A stretch of 61,496 bases of DNA, filler included, from 5 parts of 5 records of this genome joined end to end with filler, not necessarily neighbours in it; one strand, 5' to 3'. Shown: positions 24,129 to 34,750, counted from the whole stretch's first letter. Notes: a model not told the origin generated them from the letters alone. A program made the numbers and translations.

Positions 24129-24195
24129 TGCGCGAACCTCCCGGATACTCCGTGGTCTTTCCCTACCTGTAGATGACGATAGAGAGTTCTGATTA

Positions 24196-25023
24196 ATGCG
24201 AAGTTGGGGTGGCAAACTCATTGTCGGCCTGTTGGGCATGTTGATCGGCGGGCCCATCGGCCTGGCGATCGGCGTGCTGATCGGCCACTTCCTGGACCGT
24301 GGCGTGGAGCGGGTGCAGTCCTTCAACCCGTTCCGGCCCTACCGGCCCGGCGAACGGGAGGAAGTCCAGGAGGCCCTGTTCTCGGCGGTGTTTTCGATCA
24401 TGGGCCATCTGGCCAAGGCGGACGGCCGGGTCAGCGAGCAGGAGATCGGCCAGGCCGAAGCGATCATGAGCCGCATGCAGCTCAACGACGAGCAGCGCCG
24501 CCGGGCCCAGGAGGCCTTCCGCCAGGGCAAGGACGATGATTTCCCCCTCGACCGGACCGTGGCCGAATTCCGCCAGCGCATCCGCCGGCGCCGCCATCTG
24601 GTGGTGGTGTTCCTTGAGCTGCTGCTGCAAACCGCCCTGGCGGACGGCGAGCTGCACGCCGAGGAGGAGCGCATCCTGTTCCGTGTCGCCGCCGGGCTGG
24701 GCGTGCCGGAAAGCCAGTTCCGGCAGATTCTCAACATGGTGCTGGCCCAGGCGCGCTTCGGCGGCGCCGGTGCGGCCGGCGCGGGTGGCGCGGCCGGCCC
24801 GTCACAGCCGTCGCTGGGCGAGGCGTATCAGGTGCTGGGGGTGAACGAGGACGCCTCCGATCAGGAGGTCAAAAAGGCCTACCGGCGGCTGATGAGCGAG
24901 CATCACCCGGACAAACTGGCGGCCCGTGGCGTGCCGGAAGAGATGATCCGCGTGTCCACCGAGAAGACCGCCGAGATCAGCAAAGCCTACGATATGATCA
25001 AGGAAGCCCGGGGAATGCGTTGA
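24196..25023 (+). CDS. djlA: Co-chaperone DjlA (TerB-like domain + C-terminal J domain)
   Basis: N-terminal Gly-rich TM anchor, MGHLAKADGRVSE, and J domain YRRLMSEHHPDKL. Confidence 0.95.
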   Translation: MRSWGGKLIVGLLGMLIGGPIGLAIGVLIGHFLDRGVERVQSFNPFRPYRPGEREEVQEALFSAVFSIMGHLAKADGRVSEQEIGQAEAIMSRMQLNDEQRRRAQEAFRQGKDDDFPLDRTVAEFRQRIRRRRHLVVVFLELLLQTALADGELHAEEERILFRVAAGLGVPESQFRQILNMVLAQARFGGAGAAGAGGAAGPSQPSLGEAYQVLGVNEDASDQEVKKAYRRLMSEHHPDKLAARGVPEEMIRVSTEKTAEISKAYDMIKEARGMR

Positions 25024-25134
25024 GTCGCCACCGGGAGGATGACAAGTACCCGGCGGCGGTAGTAGCTTGAAGAGGATTACCCGCCCGAGCACCGCCCCGG
25101 TGCCCGGGCCCCTTCAGCGGAGGACCTGTCAGCT

Positions 25135-25374
25135 ATGCTCGGTGAACCCCATAGTATCCACCACGAATTCCCCCAGCACCGCGAACGCATTGACGCCCTG
25201 GCCAAGGAACACCCGGAGTTCCGCGCCAAGGTGGAGGAGCACGACCGGTTGGACAAAACCATTCGTGGGCTGGAGATGCGCGAGAACCCGATCGCGGACC
25301 GCGATATGGAGACCATGAAAGTGGAGCGTATGCACCTCAAGGACGAGATTTATCGTCGCTTGAACGGGGGTTAG
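25135..25374 (+). CDS. YdcH/DUF465 family small coiled-coil protein
   Basis: HEFPQHRERIDAL...F...EEHDRLDKTI...K.ER..LKDEIY pattern; GGAGGA RBS. Confidence 0.8.
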   Translation: MLGEPHSIHHEFPQHRERIDALAKEHPEFRAKVEEHDRLDKTIRGLEMRENPIADRDMETMKVERMHLKDEIYRRLNGG

Positions 25375-25456
25375 CCGACGCGACCTTTAAAAACGCGGTC
25401 ACAGGCCCAACCGTAAGAAGACGCGTAAACGGACGCGTTTTGGCTCGGGAGGCCTG

Positions 25457-26446
25457 ATGACTGCCTATTCCATTCTTGATCTGAGTCCCATCCTGCGTGG
25501 CGGCGACGCCGCCCAGGCCCTGGGCAATTCCCTTGATCTGGCGCGCCACGCCGAACAGTGGGGCTACACCCGCTACTGGGTGGCCGAGCACCACAACATG
25601 CCCGGCGTGGCGAGCGCCGCCACCAGCGTGGTGATCGGCCATATCGCCGCCGGCACCCAGCGTATCCGGGTCGGCTCCGGCGGCGTGATGCTGCCCAACC
25701 ACGCGCCCCTGGTGATCGCCGAACAGTTCGGCACCCTGGCGGCCCTGCACCCGGGGCGCATCGACCTGGGCCTGGGCCGGGCGCCGGGCACCGACATGGA
25801 AACCGCGCGGGCGCTGCGCCGCGACCTCAACAGCAACGCCATGGAGTTCCCGCGCGACGTGGACGAGCTGCAGGCTTACCTGGGTGATCCGACCCCGGAT
25901 CAGCGCGTGCGGGCGGTGCCCGGCGCCGGCAGCAAGGTGCCCATCTGGCTGCTCGGCTCCAGCCTGTTCAGCGCCCGGCTGGCGGCCCAAAAGGGCCTGC
26001 CGTTCGCGTTCGCCTCGCATTTCGCCCCGGAGGCCCTGCTCGATGCGTTGCAGGTCTACCGTGACAACTTTCAGCCGTCGGCACAGCTGGAGCGGCCCTA
26101 CGCCATGGCGGGGGTGAGCGTGTTCGCCGCCGACAGCGACGAGGAGGGCGCCTTCCTGGCCACCTCCATGCAGCAGCAGTTCGTCAATCTGCGGCGCGGG
26201 CGGCCCGGACCGCTGCCGCCGCCGGTGGAGAGCATGGACGGCATCTGGTCGCCGCTGGAAGCGGAGGGCGTGCGCCAGGCGATGAAATACGCCATGGTCG
26301 GATCAGCGGAAACGGTCCGTGACGGGCTGCGTGCCTTCCGTGACCTGACCGGGGTGGATGAGCTGATGATCACCGGCGGGATTTTCGACCACGACAAGCG
26401 GCTGCAATCGTTCCGCATGGCCGCCGATATCTGCCGCGATCTCTAA
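25457..26446 (+). CDS. LLM-class (luciferase-like) flavin-dependent oxidoreductase, YhbW-like
   Basis: [53 protein letters not shown]. Confidence 0.92.
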   Translation: MTAYSILDLSPILRGGDAAQALGNSLDLARHAEQWGYTRYWVAEHHNMPGVASAATSVVIGHIAAGTQRIRVGSGGVMLPNHAPLVIAEQFGTLAALHPGRIDLGLGRAPGTDMETARALRRDLNSNAMEFPRDVDELQAYLGDPTPDQRVRAVPGAGSKVPIWLLGSSLFSARLAAQKGLPFAFASHFAPEALLDALQVYRDNFQPSAQLERPYAMAGVSVFAADSDEEGAFLATSMQQQFVNLRRGRPGPLPPPVESMDGIWSPLEAEGVRQAMKYAMVGSAETVRDGLRAFRDLTGVDELMITGGIFDHDKRLQSFRMAADICRDL

Positions 26447-26449
26447 TCC

Positions 26450-27736
26450 CTAGGCCACGTTGGCCGGCCGTTTTTGCGGCCGGCCGGTGCCCTTGTTCAG
26501 ACACCAGCTGTCGCGGTCGCCGTCGATGGCGATGCCGCCCACCCAGCGCCGTTTGGGGTGGGTGTCGAGCCAGTTGTTGTGGCCGCTGAGCACCGCGTGG
26601 CCGTGGGAGGTGATGTGCAGCGACCGGTCCTGCCACGGGGTGTCTTCGCCGTGGTCGCTGGCCAGCAACGGGCGCTCGCCGCCCATCAGCGGCTGCATCA
26701 TCCACCAGAACATGGTGTCGCCCAGATAGGGCAGCGGCTCGCGCTCGCGCATCAGATCCCGGAACACCTCGCCGACGGTAATCGGGCCGCGCTCGGCCAC
26801 CAGCTGCACCGCCAGTTGCTCGCTCAGGCCCAGGCCGGTGTCTTCATCCGGTAACTCCAGCAGGTGCCGGCGCAGGGCGCGGCCCAGCATCGGCAACTCC
26901 GGGGTCAGGGTCCGTGACAGGTCGTCCAGCCGTTGCGGCGTATCGGCGGTCACCGCCCGCCAGGCGCGGCGCCCCAGGGTGATAAGCGCATCGTCCACCG
27001 GGCGGCGCTGCTGCCAGAGCCAGCCGAGCACCTCCGGCGCCAGTTGCCCCAGGCCGATAAACCGTTGCACGCCGGGAATGCCGTCCGTGGCCACCAGTTC
27101 CAGCCGGGTGGGGCGGCGCTGATGGGCCAGATGATTGAGGATGTAGGCCAGAATCAGCTGGTCGTAGCTGTCGTGTTCGAACCACAGCACCACCCGCTCG
27201 CTGTCCATGGCCTGGTCCAGGCCGTCGTACTCATGCTGCTGCCGCCGGCGGGTTTCGTTTTCGTCGCCACCGAAGGCGTCGCAGAGAAAGCGGGTGCGCT
27301 CGTCCATGAACGCCTGCCGTTCCAGGCTGTGCAGCGGGCCGATGCAGAAGGGGTCGCTGAAGGTGTGAAAGTGGCCGTGCAAACCGGTGGCGGGCAGGGC
27401 GTCGCGCAGATCCGACCCGCAGCGGATGTGCACCGTGTCCAGGTCGTCGTCCAGTGTCTCGTTGGCCCGCTCGGCGGCGGTGTCCAGGGCGGCCACGTGC
27501 CGCTGGAAATGATCCCAGCCCTGGAACCCCATTTCCCGCGACACGGTGTGCAGGGCATCGCGGAGCCCGGGCTTTTCGCTCACCGGGGTGAGGCGGTGTA
27601 CGGCGATGCGAGCCAGGCAGCGACGGTCGCCGGACAGGGCCGCGTCCAGTAACCGCTCGGCATCCTCACGGGGGTCGTCGAGACGGAAGCGTCCGTGCTG
27701 TTTCGGAGTACTGCTGCCGGCGGGCATCGATGTCAT
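26450..27736 (-). CDS. DUF1835-domain protein with N-terminal helical domain
   Basis: HIRCGSD, DPFCIGP, VVLWFEHDSYDQLIL, RHLLELP...GLGLSEQ, GDTMFW, RWVGG; the N-terminus has an LRDALHTVSREMGFQGW motif. Confidence 0.8.
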   Translation of the reverse strand: MTSMPAGSSTPKQHGRFRLDDPREDAERLLDAALSGDRRCLARIAVHRLTPVSEKPGLRDALHTVSREMGFQGWDHFQRHVAALDTAAERANETLDDDLDTVHIRCGSDLRDALPATGLHGHFHTFSDPFCIGPLHSLERQAFMDERTRFLCDAFGGDENETRRRQQHEYDGLDQAMDSERVVLWFEHDSYDQLILAYILNHLAHQRRPTRLELVATDGIPGVQRFIGLGQLAPEVLGWLWQQRRPVDDALITLGRRAWRAVTADTPQRLDDLSRTLTPELPMLGRALRRHLLELPDEDTGLGLSEQLAVQLVAERGPITVGEVFRDLMREREPLPYLGDTMFWWMMQPLMGGERPLLASDHGEDTPWQDRSLHITSHGHAVLSGHNNWLDTHPKRRWVGGIAIDGDRDSWCLNKGTGRPQKRPANVA

Positions 27737-27931
27737 AAACGGGGCCTTCTCCACAGCGCGGTGTGTGAGTCAAAAAATGGACTTACACAGTTGGCGAAGC
27801 GGGCCTTTGAGTCAATGCAAAGAGAGGCTTCAATGGCTTGAAAAGCCTAAGCTTTATAAAGGTTTTACCGGGGATACAAAGGAAGGCAAGAAATTGTCGT
27901 GACCTTCACGCCCGTTTCGACGGGAAAGGAA

Positions 27932-28007
<76 letters not shown>

Positions 28008-28035
28008 ACGGCCCGCCCGGGGGCGAGCGGGCGCT

Positions 28036-28063
28036 AGTTTAGCAGGAACCCCACGGCTGGCAA
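28036..28063 (-). promoter_or_regulatory. Putative sigma70 promoter of tRNA-Thr
   Basis: Minus strand TTGCCA-N16-TAAACT followed by a GC-rich discriminator (GCGCCCGC), typical of stable RNA promoters. Confidence 0.55.
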
Positions 28064-28076
28064 GACCGCCGACGGC

Positions 28077-29588
28077 TTACGCCTGTTTGATGCCGGCCAG
28101 CTTGCGGGCGTGCCATTTCTTGGACTCCACGTCCATGCCGCGCAGGATCTGAATACGCTGGGCCTGGGGGCTGCCGGCGCCGTGCATGGACTCGGTCAGG
28201 TAGCCCACCGCGTTGCGGCCCAGGGTCATGTTTTCGATCAGGCGCAGGATGCGCATGCGGTCCTCCGTGGGGATGTCGTCGCGGCCCTTCAGGAAGCGGC
28301 GGATGATGGCGCCGGCTTCCTCGTTGTCCAGATCCTTTTCGCTGGGCATGGTGGCGACGATGCCGCCGGCCAGGTCCTGGGCGAGGCGGGCGATCTCATA
28401 GGGGAAACGGGTGACGTTGTGCTTGCACACATTGGAGAGCATGGCGTCGTTCATGTAGATGCCGCTGGCCAGGGGTTTGGCTTCGTGGGAGCTGGCGATG
28501 CCGGACGAGAAAATGGTCTCGTTGAGGTGCACCATTTCCACCAGCTTGTCCTTGATGTGGCTGACCTTGTCGACGCCGTTGTAGTCGGCGATGGTGGCGG
28601 CGGCGCCGGTCATCACATCGCCGAGGCCGGTTTTGCACACATAGCTGGCGCGGTGGTAGGCGGTGAAGCGCGCCACCATGTCCTGGGCGAATTCGTATTC
28701 GCCGTCCATGAGCACGTGCTCGTGGGGGATGAAGACGTCGTCGAAATAGACCCACACTTCCTGGCCGCCGAACTCGGCGTTGCCCTGGTCGATGCTGCCG
28801 CCTTCCATGGAGCGGGTGTCGCTGCTCTGGCGACCGTAGATGTAGGTGATGCCCTCGGCGTCGCCGGGAATCATGCCCACCACGGCGTAGTCCTTGTCGT
28901 GCTCGCTCAGGTTCATGGTCGGCATCACGCAGATCCAGTGCTGGTTCCAGCCGCCGGTCATGTGCGCTTTGACGCCGCGCACGAAGATGCCGTCGTCGTT
29001 GCGTCCGGACACGTGCAGGAACATGTCCTGGTCGCTCTGCTCGAACGGTCGCTTGCTGCGGTCGCCCTTGGGGTCGGTCATGCCGGCGGCGATCAACACG
29101 TTATGGCGCTGCGCTTCCTTGAGGAAAGCCAGATAGCGCTGGTGGTAGTCGGTGCCGTGCTTTTCATCGATGTCCCAGGTGATCGAGTGCAGCACGCTGA
29201 GTGTGTCCAGGCCGGTGCAGCGCTGGAAGCAGGTGCCGGTGAGCTGGCCCAGGCGCCGCTGCATGCGGTTTTTCATTACCAGGTCCTGGGGTGACTCCGG
29301 CATGTGCAGAAAGCGGTTCACCGGGGCGTCGATCAGCGGCGAATGGGCGGTGGCCAGTTCCGGGTCGTCGATGGCCAGATCGTAGGTGGCGCGCAGGGCG
29401 TTGATGCTGGGGCGGATCATCGGGTGGTCGGCGGGCTCGTCGATCAGTTCGCCGAACAGAAACAACCGGGTGCCGCGGCCTTTAAGGCTGCTGATGTAGT
29501 CGTCACCGGTGCGGATCATCGGCATCCGTGACCAGCGTTCACTGGCGCTGTCGTGGCGGCGTGATGCCAGAGGGGAAACGGCGTTCAT
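28077..29588 (-). CDS. abfD: 4-hydroxybutyryl-CoA dehydratase / vinylacetyl-CoA isomerase-like flavin Fe-S protein (HpaB/AbfD family)
   Basis: QRRLGQLTGTCFQRC (Cx3C), MTDPKGDRSK, YHRASYVCKTG (His/Cys ligands), ESMHGAGSPQAQ; AAGGAG RBS. Confidence 0.8.
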   Translation of the reverse strand: MNAVSPLASRRHDSASERWSRMPMIRTGDDYISSLKGRGTRLFLFGELIDEPADHPMIRPSINALRATYDLAIDDPELATAHSPLIDAPVNRFLHMPESPQDLVMKNRMQRRLGQLTGTCFQRCTGLDTLSVLHSITWDIDEKHGTDYHQRYLAFLKEAQRHNVLIAAGMTDPKGDRSKRPFEQSDQDMFLHVSGRNDDGIFVRGVKAHMTGGWNQHWICVMPTMNLSEHDKDYAVVGMIPGDAEGITYIYGRQSSDTRSMEGGSIDQGNAEFGGQEVWVYFDDVFIPHEHVLMDGEYEFAQDMVARFTAYHRASYVCKTGLGDVMTGAAATIADYNGVDKVSHIKDKLVEMVHLNETIFSSGIASSHEAKPLASGIYMNDAMLSNVCKHNVTRFPYEIARLAQDLAGGIVATMPSEKDLDNEEAGAIIRRFLKGRDDIPTEDRMRILRLIENMTLGRNAVGYLTESMHGAGSPQAQRIQILRGMDVESKKWHARKLAGIKQA

Positions 29589-29649
29589 AGGGCACTCCTT
29601 GCGGGCTGAGCCGGCTGGCCGAGGTGCGTGTTATTGGACGTTTTCCCCA

Positions 29650-29677
29650 ATAGTAGACACTGTGTCTCGGCTGGCAA
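29650..29677 (-). promoter_or_regulatory. Putative abfD promoter with palindromic operator
   Basis: Minus strand TTGCCA-N16-TACTAT. Perfect inverted repeat AGACAC-T-GTGTCT at 29655-29667 lies in the spacer. Confidence 0.55.
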
Positions 29678-29766
29678 TGCGGGAGTGGCGGCTTGTTACC
29701 CAGGGTCAAGCGGTGGGTTGCTCCCGGGTCGGGCGGGGCCGGCCCGGGGCGATCGGCAGGGGCGTG

Positions 29767-30195
29767 CTAGTGGGGCTGTGGCTCGAACACCAGGGACGCG
29801 GAGTTGAGGCAGTAGCGCTGGCCGGTGGGCGGCGGTCCGTCGGGAAACACATGGCCGAGGTGGCCGTCGCAGCGCGCGCAGCGGATCTCCACGCGCACCA
29901 TGCCGTGGCTGCTGTCCTCCAGCTCGCGCACGTGGTCCGCGTCCACCGGCTCGAAGAAGCTGGGCCAGCCGGTGCCGGACTCGAACTTGCTGTCGGCGTG
30001 GAACAGCGGCAGGTGACACAGCTTGCAGGCGTAGGTACCGCTTTCCTTATTGTCCAGCAAACCGCCGCAGAACGGCGGCTCGGTGCCCTGATTCAGTAGG
30101 ATGCGGCGCTCCTCGGCGGTGAGGCCGGCGGCGCGCTGCTGCTTTTCGGCGTCGGTGAGCGGCGTCAGATCGAAGCCGCTGGCGGAAACAGTCAT
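29767..30195 (-). CDS. msrB: Peptide methionine-R-sulfoxide reductase MsrB (Zn-binding)
   Basis: [50 protein letters not shown]. Confidence 0.96.
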   Translation of the reverse strand: MTVSASGFDLTPLTDAEKQQRAAGLTAEERRILLNQGTEPPFCGGLLDNKESGTYACKLCHLPLFHADSKFESGTGWPSFFEPVDADHVRELEDSSHGMVRVEIRCARCDGHLGHVFPDGPPPTGQRYCLNSASLVFEPQPH

Positions 30196-30204
30196 GGCTA
30201 CCTC

Positions 30205-30825
30205 TCAGGTTTTAAGCATTTCCGGGAAGGCGGCGTGCAGCTTTTCCAGTTTCGGCTTCGCCACATGGGTGATGTACGGCTGGTTGGGATTGCGGCGGGC
30301 GAAATCCTGGTGGTAGTCCTCCGCCGGATGGAACGGGTGGCCCGGCTCCAGGGTGGTGACGATGGGCGCGGTGAAGGCGCCGGCGTTATTCAACTGCTGG
30401 ATGTAGTCCTCGGCGACTTTCCGCTGCGCCTCGTCCACCGGAAAGATGGCGGAACGGTACTGCGGCCCGCGGTCGTTGCCCTGGCGGTCTTTCTGGGTGG
30501 GGTCGTGGGCCACCGCGAAAAACAGTTTAAGCAGGGCGCCGAAACTGATCCGACGCGGGTCGTAGCGCACTTCCACCACTTCCGCGTGGCCGGTGCGGCC
30601 GCTGCAGACCGCTTCGTAATTGGCGCTGGCCGCGTCGCCGCCGGCGTAGCCGGACACCACCGACTGCACGCCGTCGAGAGGTTGATAGACCGCTTCCACG
30701 CACCAGAAGCAGCCGCCGGCGAGCACAGCGCGGCCGGCATCCTGATCGGTGGGAACGTCTTCCACCGGATCGGGGAACCGGTCCGGGTGTATCGCCAGGG
30801 ATGTGCCGGGGATCACTGCTTTCAT
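30205..30825 (-). CDS. msrA: Peptide methionine-S-sulfoxide reductase MsrA
   Basis: [47 protein letters not shown] before the ATG at 30825. Confidence 0.95.
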   Translation of the reverse strand: MKAVIPGTSLAIHPDRFPDPVEDVPTDQDAGRAVLAGGCFWCVEAVYQPLDGVQSVVSGYAGGDAASANYEAVCSGRTGHAEVVEVRYDPRRISFGALLKLFFAVAHDPTQKDRQGNDRGPQYRSAIFPVDEAQRKVAEDYIQQLNNAGAFTAPIVTTLEPGHPFHPAEDYHQDFARRNPNQPYITHVAKPKLEKLHAAFPEMLKT

Positions 30826-30917
30826 ACAACCTCCGTGACTGGACGACGACCATGACAGCCGCCGGGAAACCGTGCCGTGAAGACAGTGGGGGCGGGGCCG
30901 GCGACTCTCAACCCGGG

Positions 30918-31514
30918 TCAGGGCAGCAGGCGCGCCTGCCGCAGGGTGTCGCGCAGGGCCAGGCACTGGCTTTTGGCGATGGCGCTCTGATCATTGGCTT
31001 CGTGGGTGCGGGCCATGCCGTGCCACAGGTTGGTGCCGGCGCCGTCGAGCAGGTCGGCGGGGAACATCTGCTCCACATCCGCCGGCGGCGCGTCCTTGAT
31101 GCGCTCGCCGTCCAGGCCCACGCGCCAGGTGGGGCGCACTTCGTTGTCCTGGTTGATCGGGTTGAGCTCCTGGCGGTCGCGCATGTGCGGCGCCGACATC
31201 AGCAGGCGGGTCAGATCGACCAGCAGAATGCGGTCCACCGGGTGGTCGCCGGCCCATTCGACCAGCGCCTTGCGGCCCCGCTCGTACCACAGCGGTACCT
31301 CCTGGTGGCTGAGCAGCACGGTCAGGCCGGCGCGCTCGAAGATCGGCCGGCAGGTCAGTTCCCAGGTCTCGCGGGTGTCGCCTTCCGGGCTTTGCGCCAC
31401 CAGCAGCAGGGTTTCCGCCGGCGGCGGCGGGGTCTCGGTGACCGTGCGCGTGGTCACTTCCGTGGTGCTGGCGCACCCGCTCAAAAACAGAACCGCCAGT
31501 AACAGGGCCCTCAT
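30918..31514 (-). CDS. Hypothetical lipoprotein
   Basis: [14 protein letters not shown] lipobox; GGAG RBS. Confidence 0.75.
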   Translation of the reverse strand: MRALLLAVLFLSGCASTTEVTTRTVTETPPPPAETLLLVAQSPEGDTRETWELTCRPIFERAGLTVLLSHQEVPLWYERGRKALVEWAGDHPVDRILLVDLTRLLMSAPHMRDRQELNPINQDNEVRPTWRVGLDGERIKDAPPADVEQMFPADLLDGAGTNLWHGMARTHEANDQSAIAKSQCLALRDTLRQARLLP

Positions 31515-31620
31515 GGCACTCTCCACAACACTACTTCCGGATGAACAAGCACCCAGTGTAGCAGGGGCCGACCACGGAGAAACCCGATAACGACGCGGTT
31601 TTACGTCATTCTGTGACGCC

Positions 31621-31648
31621 GCTCAGGGACGCCCGCTCAGGGACGCCC
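31621..31648. repeat. 14-bp tandem repeat GCTCAGGGACGCCC x2 at the bacterial contig end
   Basis: Directly visible; the contig terminates inside it. Confidence 0.8.
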
Positions 31649-31748
31649 NNNNNNNNNNNNNNNNNNNNNNNNNNNNNNNNNNNNNNNNNNNNTTAATTAA
31701 TTAANNNNNNNNNNNNNNNNNNNNNNNNNNNNNNNNNNNNNNNNNNNN
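31649..31748. other. Artificial contig linker
   Basis: N44-TTAATTAATTAA-N44. Confidence 0.99.
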
Positions 31749-31899
31749 GCAGGCACCGTCGGCAACACAAAGGACCATAGCAACGAGGCGGCTGACGGCG
31801 CGTCCACCTCGCAACAGGAGCGGGACGCCACGCTCGTTCTCTGCGAGCAGCCAAGCTCTCCCACATGTCAGGAGCTGGTATATACGAGCTCGGGCGTAC

Positions 31900-32157
31900 C
31901 ACAGTTGGATTTTTGTATCCGATGATCATCTCGTGGAAGCCAAACTGCTGATGAACGAAGCCGGGAGGAAACGAGTCGGCTGCGCTGCTTCCTATGCGAA
32001 AGCGGACAGCTTCCCGCGCAGAGCACACGTACTCGTCGTCCTCGTCGAACGTGAGCTCGTCTTCGTCCCCAGAATCTCCATCCTGTGCACCTCCCGCCTG
32101 TTCTTCCGCCTCTCTCGCTTTCGCAAGCAGTTCTAATAATGCACTTGCAGATGACAT
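31900..32157 (-). CDS. HAT1: Histone acetyltransferase type B catalytic subunit HAT1, first exon (gene truncated by contig end)
   Basis: AREAVRFRI...SFPPGFVHQQFGFHEMIIGYKNPTV resembles the Hat1_N pattern (F.P.F..Q.FG..E.I.GYK); ends at a GTACGC donor. Confidence 0.7.
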
Positions 32158-32605
32158 ACCACGGTTTGTGTCGTCCGCGCCTTGGATAGCTGCGTACGGG
32201 AGCAGGAACTGATACTCTGCTGCGCAAGCACGCAGCGGGACTGCCCAACGAGCGGCCAGTGTGCAGTGCTCACAGTTCCGATTGCCTCATGTTTCTTACC
32301 CCTATCAAGTAAACCGTGGCATATGCGCTCCCATAGACTGATGCGAAGGGAAATGGCTCGCGCACGGTGATACGAGCTCCCACAATGTCCTAATCGCCAG
32401 CGAAATAGAATTCCCAAATACTGCGTCGTGTATGGAGTGTATACGTCTACGACGTGCATGTACTGTGGGATAGTACCTGGTGCGCTGAGAATAACATGTA
32501 TATATGCGACAGCAGTGGTGCGCACGCAGCGTGGCAAGAATACACGAGCGGCCACTGTCTTCGCCAACTTGCGTGCGCTATTGACGGTAGAAACCAAGAT
32601 ACGAA

Positions 32606-34338
32606 CTAAGCAAGGACGCCTTGCTGCTCCGCGGATGCTCCGGCGCTGTACCCAATAATAATAATAATAGAATCAGTACAGTAACATCACACTTAGGGGC
32701 ACAGAGCGACGGAAACATGCGGGCAAGGCGAAGCGGGCAACGAACGCGCAGCGACCGTCGTGCAACGCGCCGAGCCGGCGACCACGACGTGCTAGACACT
32801 TGTCCTGCACGGGGACACGGCAAACCTCGGCCACCGCTATCGTAGCGTGCAAGCGCACCGCATAGAACACACCAACGTCGACTTGAACAGGTAGGTAATA
32901 CGCCGATCCACTTAACATGGCATACACTCGATAGACACAAGGTACCCCGCACACGGTCTACGAGAGCCGCGCAAAATCGACGGGGCGCAAAAGTCGCTCC
33001 TCGCAAGTGCGCTGGCACGTACCTCTGCGGCGCCGCGCTGCCTCCTTGCGCGGCAGCAGAAGCCTGCTGGAGACCATACTCCGCTTGAAGATCCACAAAC
33101 TCTTTTCGGGTCGCCTGCGCTTTTTCTTGCAGCTGCGCCACTACTTTGTCCAGCTGTAGCGAATGACAATGCGAAGAACGAGCGCACAGCGCACCAGAGA
33201 GAGGATACGCTTAGATACCAAGTGCAAGCACAGAGCGAAGCAGGAACGCCGCGCAGCAAGGAGAAGCCGCCCGTCCAAAGAGCTCCTCGGCAATTGTACA
33301 GGAACGCACAAACCCCTTTGTCCCGACCGCATTCATTTTCGGATCGAAACATAGAGTACAGCAATAACCTGACATTCATCGAAGCAAACCACTCGACTTC
33401 GTCTTCTCGGAACGATGGACGCGTGTACAAAACCAAGGGCGCTATGAGTGTTGTGCACTGCTCGTGCAGCCCTGCGCTTCAGTGCGTCAGTACAAGGCAA
33501 GCAGCAACTAGCATATCCGTACCTGCTCAAGATTTCGCTGCACGGCGGGTACGGTTTCCTCAAGCGTTCGCTCGACAAGGACGCCACCAACAAGACGGTA
33601 GCATCTGCGAGAGGGCTCCAAGGATTTCGTTGCATCGATCACGAGCCTGTAGGAAAACGCGCAAAGAAGGACAGCAAACGCAAATATGAGACCACGCGCA
33701 CGCAGCGGAGCGACGAGCTAGAGCGCTGCTGGCTGCGTGTACAACGACGTACGGCAGCCGTGAGCGGATGAAGGATGCAGCAGCAAGCACGCGTAAGTAA
33801 GTACTGCTATCCAATTTCTACGCTTCTCTACGTGCATACATATGCACTATAAATATTTACAAGGGCCGGAAAGAGAGTGCTCGCAGGGTCGGAATCAGCG
33901 CTGCCAGCGTTCGCCGTAGAGAGCTTCCTTTCGCGCCGGCTGCGAATACACGGAAAGCAAGCGGCGGAAGCAGCGCGGACTCCTGGCGCAGGGCTTGCGC
34001 TTCCTTTCTCCCCCTGTCTCTTTCCCCACTATTGTCAGACGACATGCACACTTGTGGAATACATCATATTATATCGAAATGAAGTGCACCGGAATCGCTG
34101 GTAACGAGCAACTATGAGCTCCTAGAAGTTCCCTGCACGGTAAAGGCGCCGCACAACGGCGACGCACAGTGCTGCGCGCGCTGTAGGGGGCAGCAGCACG
34201 CAGCGCGATAACGTACTGGTGCGAGTGACGCTCCTGCTCGAGCTCGGCGATTTTCTGTCCAAGCGCAGAGTTCTCTTGCTGAAGAGACTGCAGACGCTGA
34301 ATCGCCTGCTCACGTGTGAGCTTCTTATCCGAAGACAT
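32606..34338 (-). CDS. PFDN2: Prefoldin subunit 2 (4 exons)
   Basis: Spliced product MSSDKK...KIAELEQERHSHQ|LVIDATKSLEPSRRCYRLVGGVLVERTLEETVPAV...|LDKVVAQLQEK...|AGASAEQQGVLA*; all junctions GTACG...CAG and in phase. Confidence 0.92.
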
Positions 34339-34750
34339 GGTAAAGCGCGCACTTCGCAATCGTTCCCTGGCAAGCGTAGAGCTCCAGGCCGTAGGCGGAC
34401 AAAGGGTTGTTGCTTCTGCGCTGCGCTGCAGAATTTCTCGACAAGCAGTGTTCTCCTTCGCCAATTATAACCGCATTCAGGCCCCAATCTTGGTCTCCGG
34501 GAAAACGCTGTCGACGAAAATCTTGGAGCGCTCCCACTTGCAGCCCAGTATCCTGGCTTTCCTGCGCGAAAGAGAAAGGCTTCGCCTAGTTCTGACGGGG
34601 CCGTCCAGGCAGTGCATTGCAATAATAAAAATACACAGTACTATTTTGTGTCTGTAGCAAAAAAGAATTGTCCACTTACGTCTTTCTGGCTTTCACGCAA
34701 ACTTCGCAACGATATACGCAGCCCAAGCACAGTAAGGTTGAGCGGCAAAA

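Noticed and set aside
31604..31648. Start of a CRISPR array at the bacterial contig end
   Set aside because: Two abutting 14-bp units with no spacer and no cas genes.
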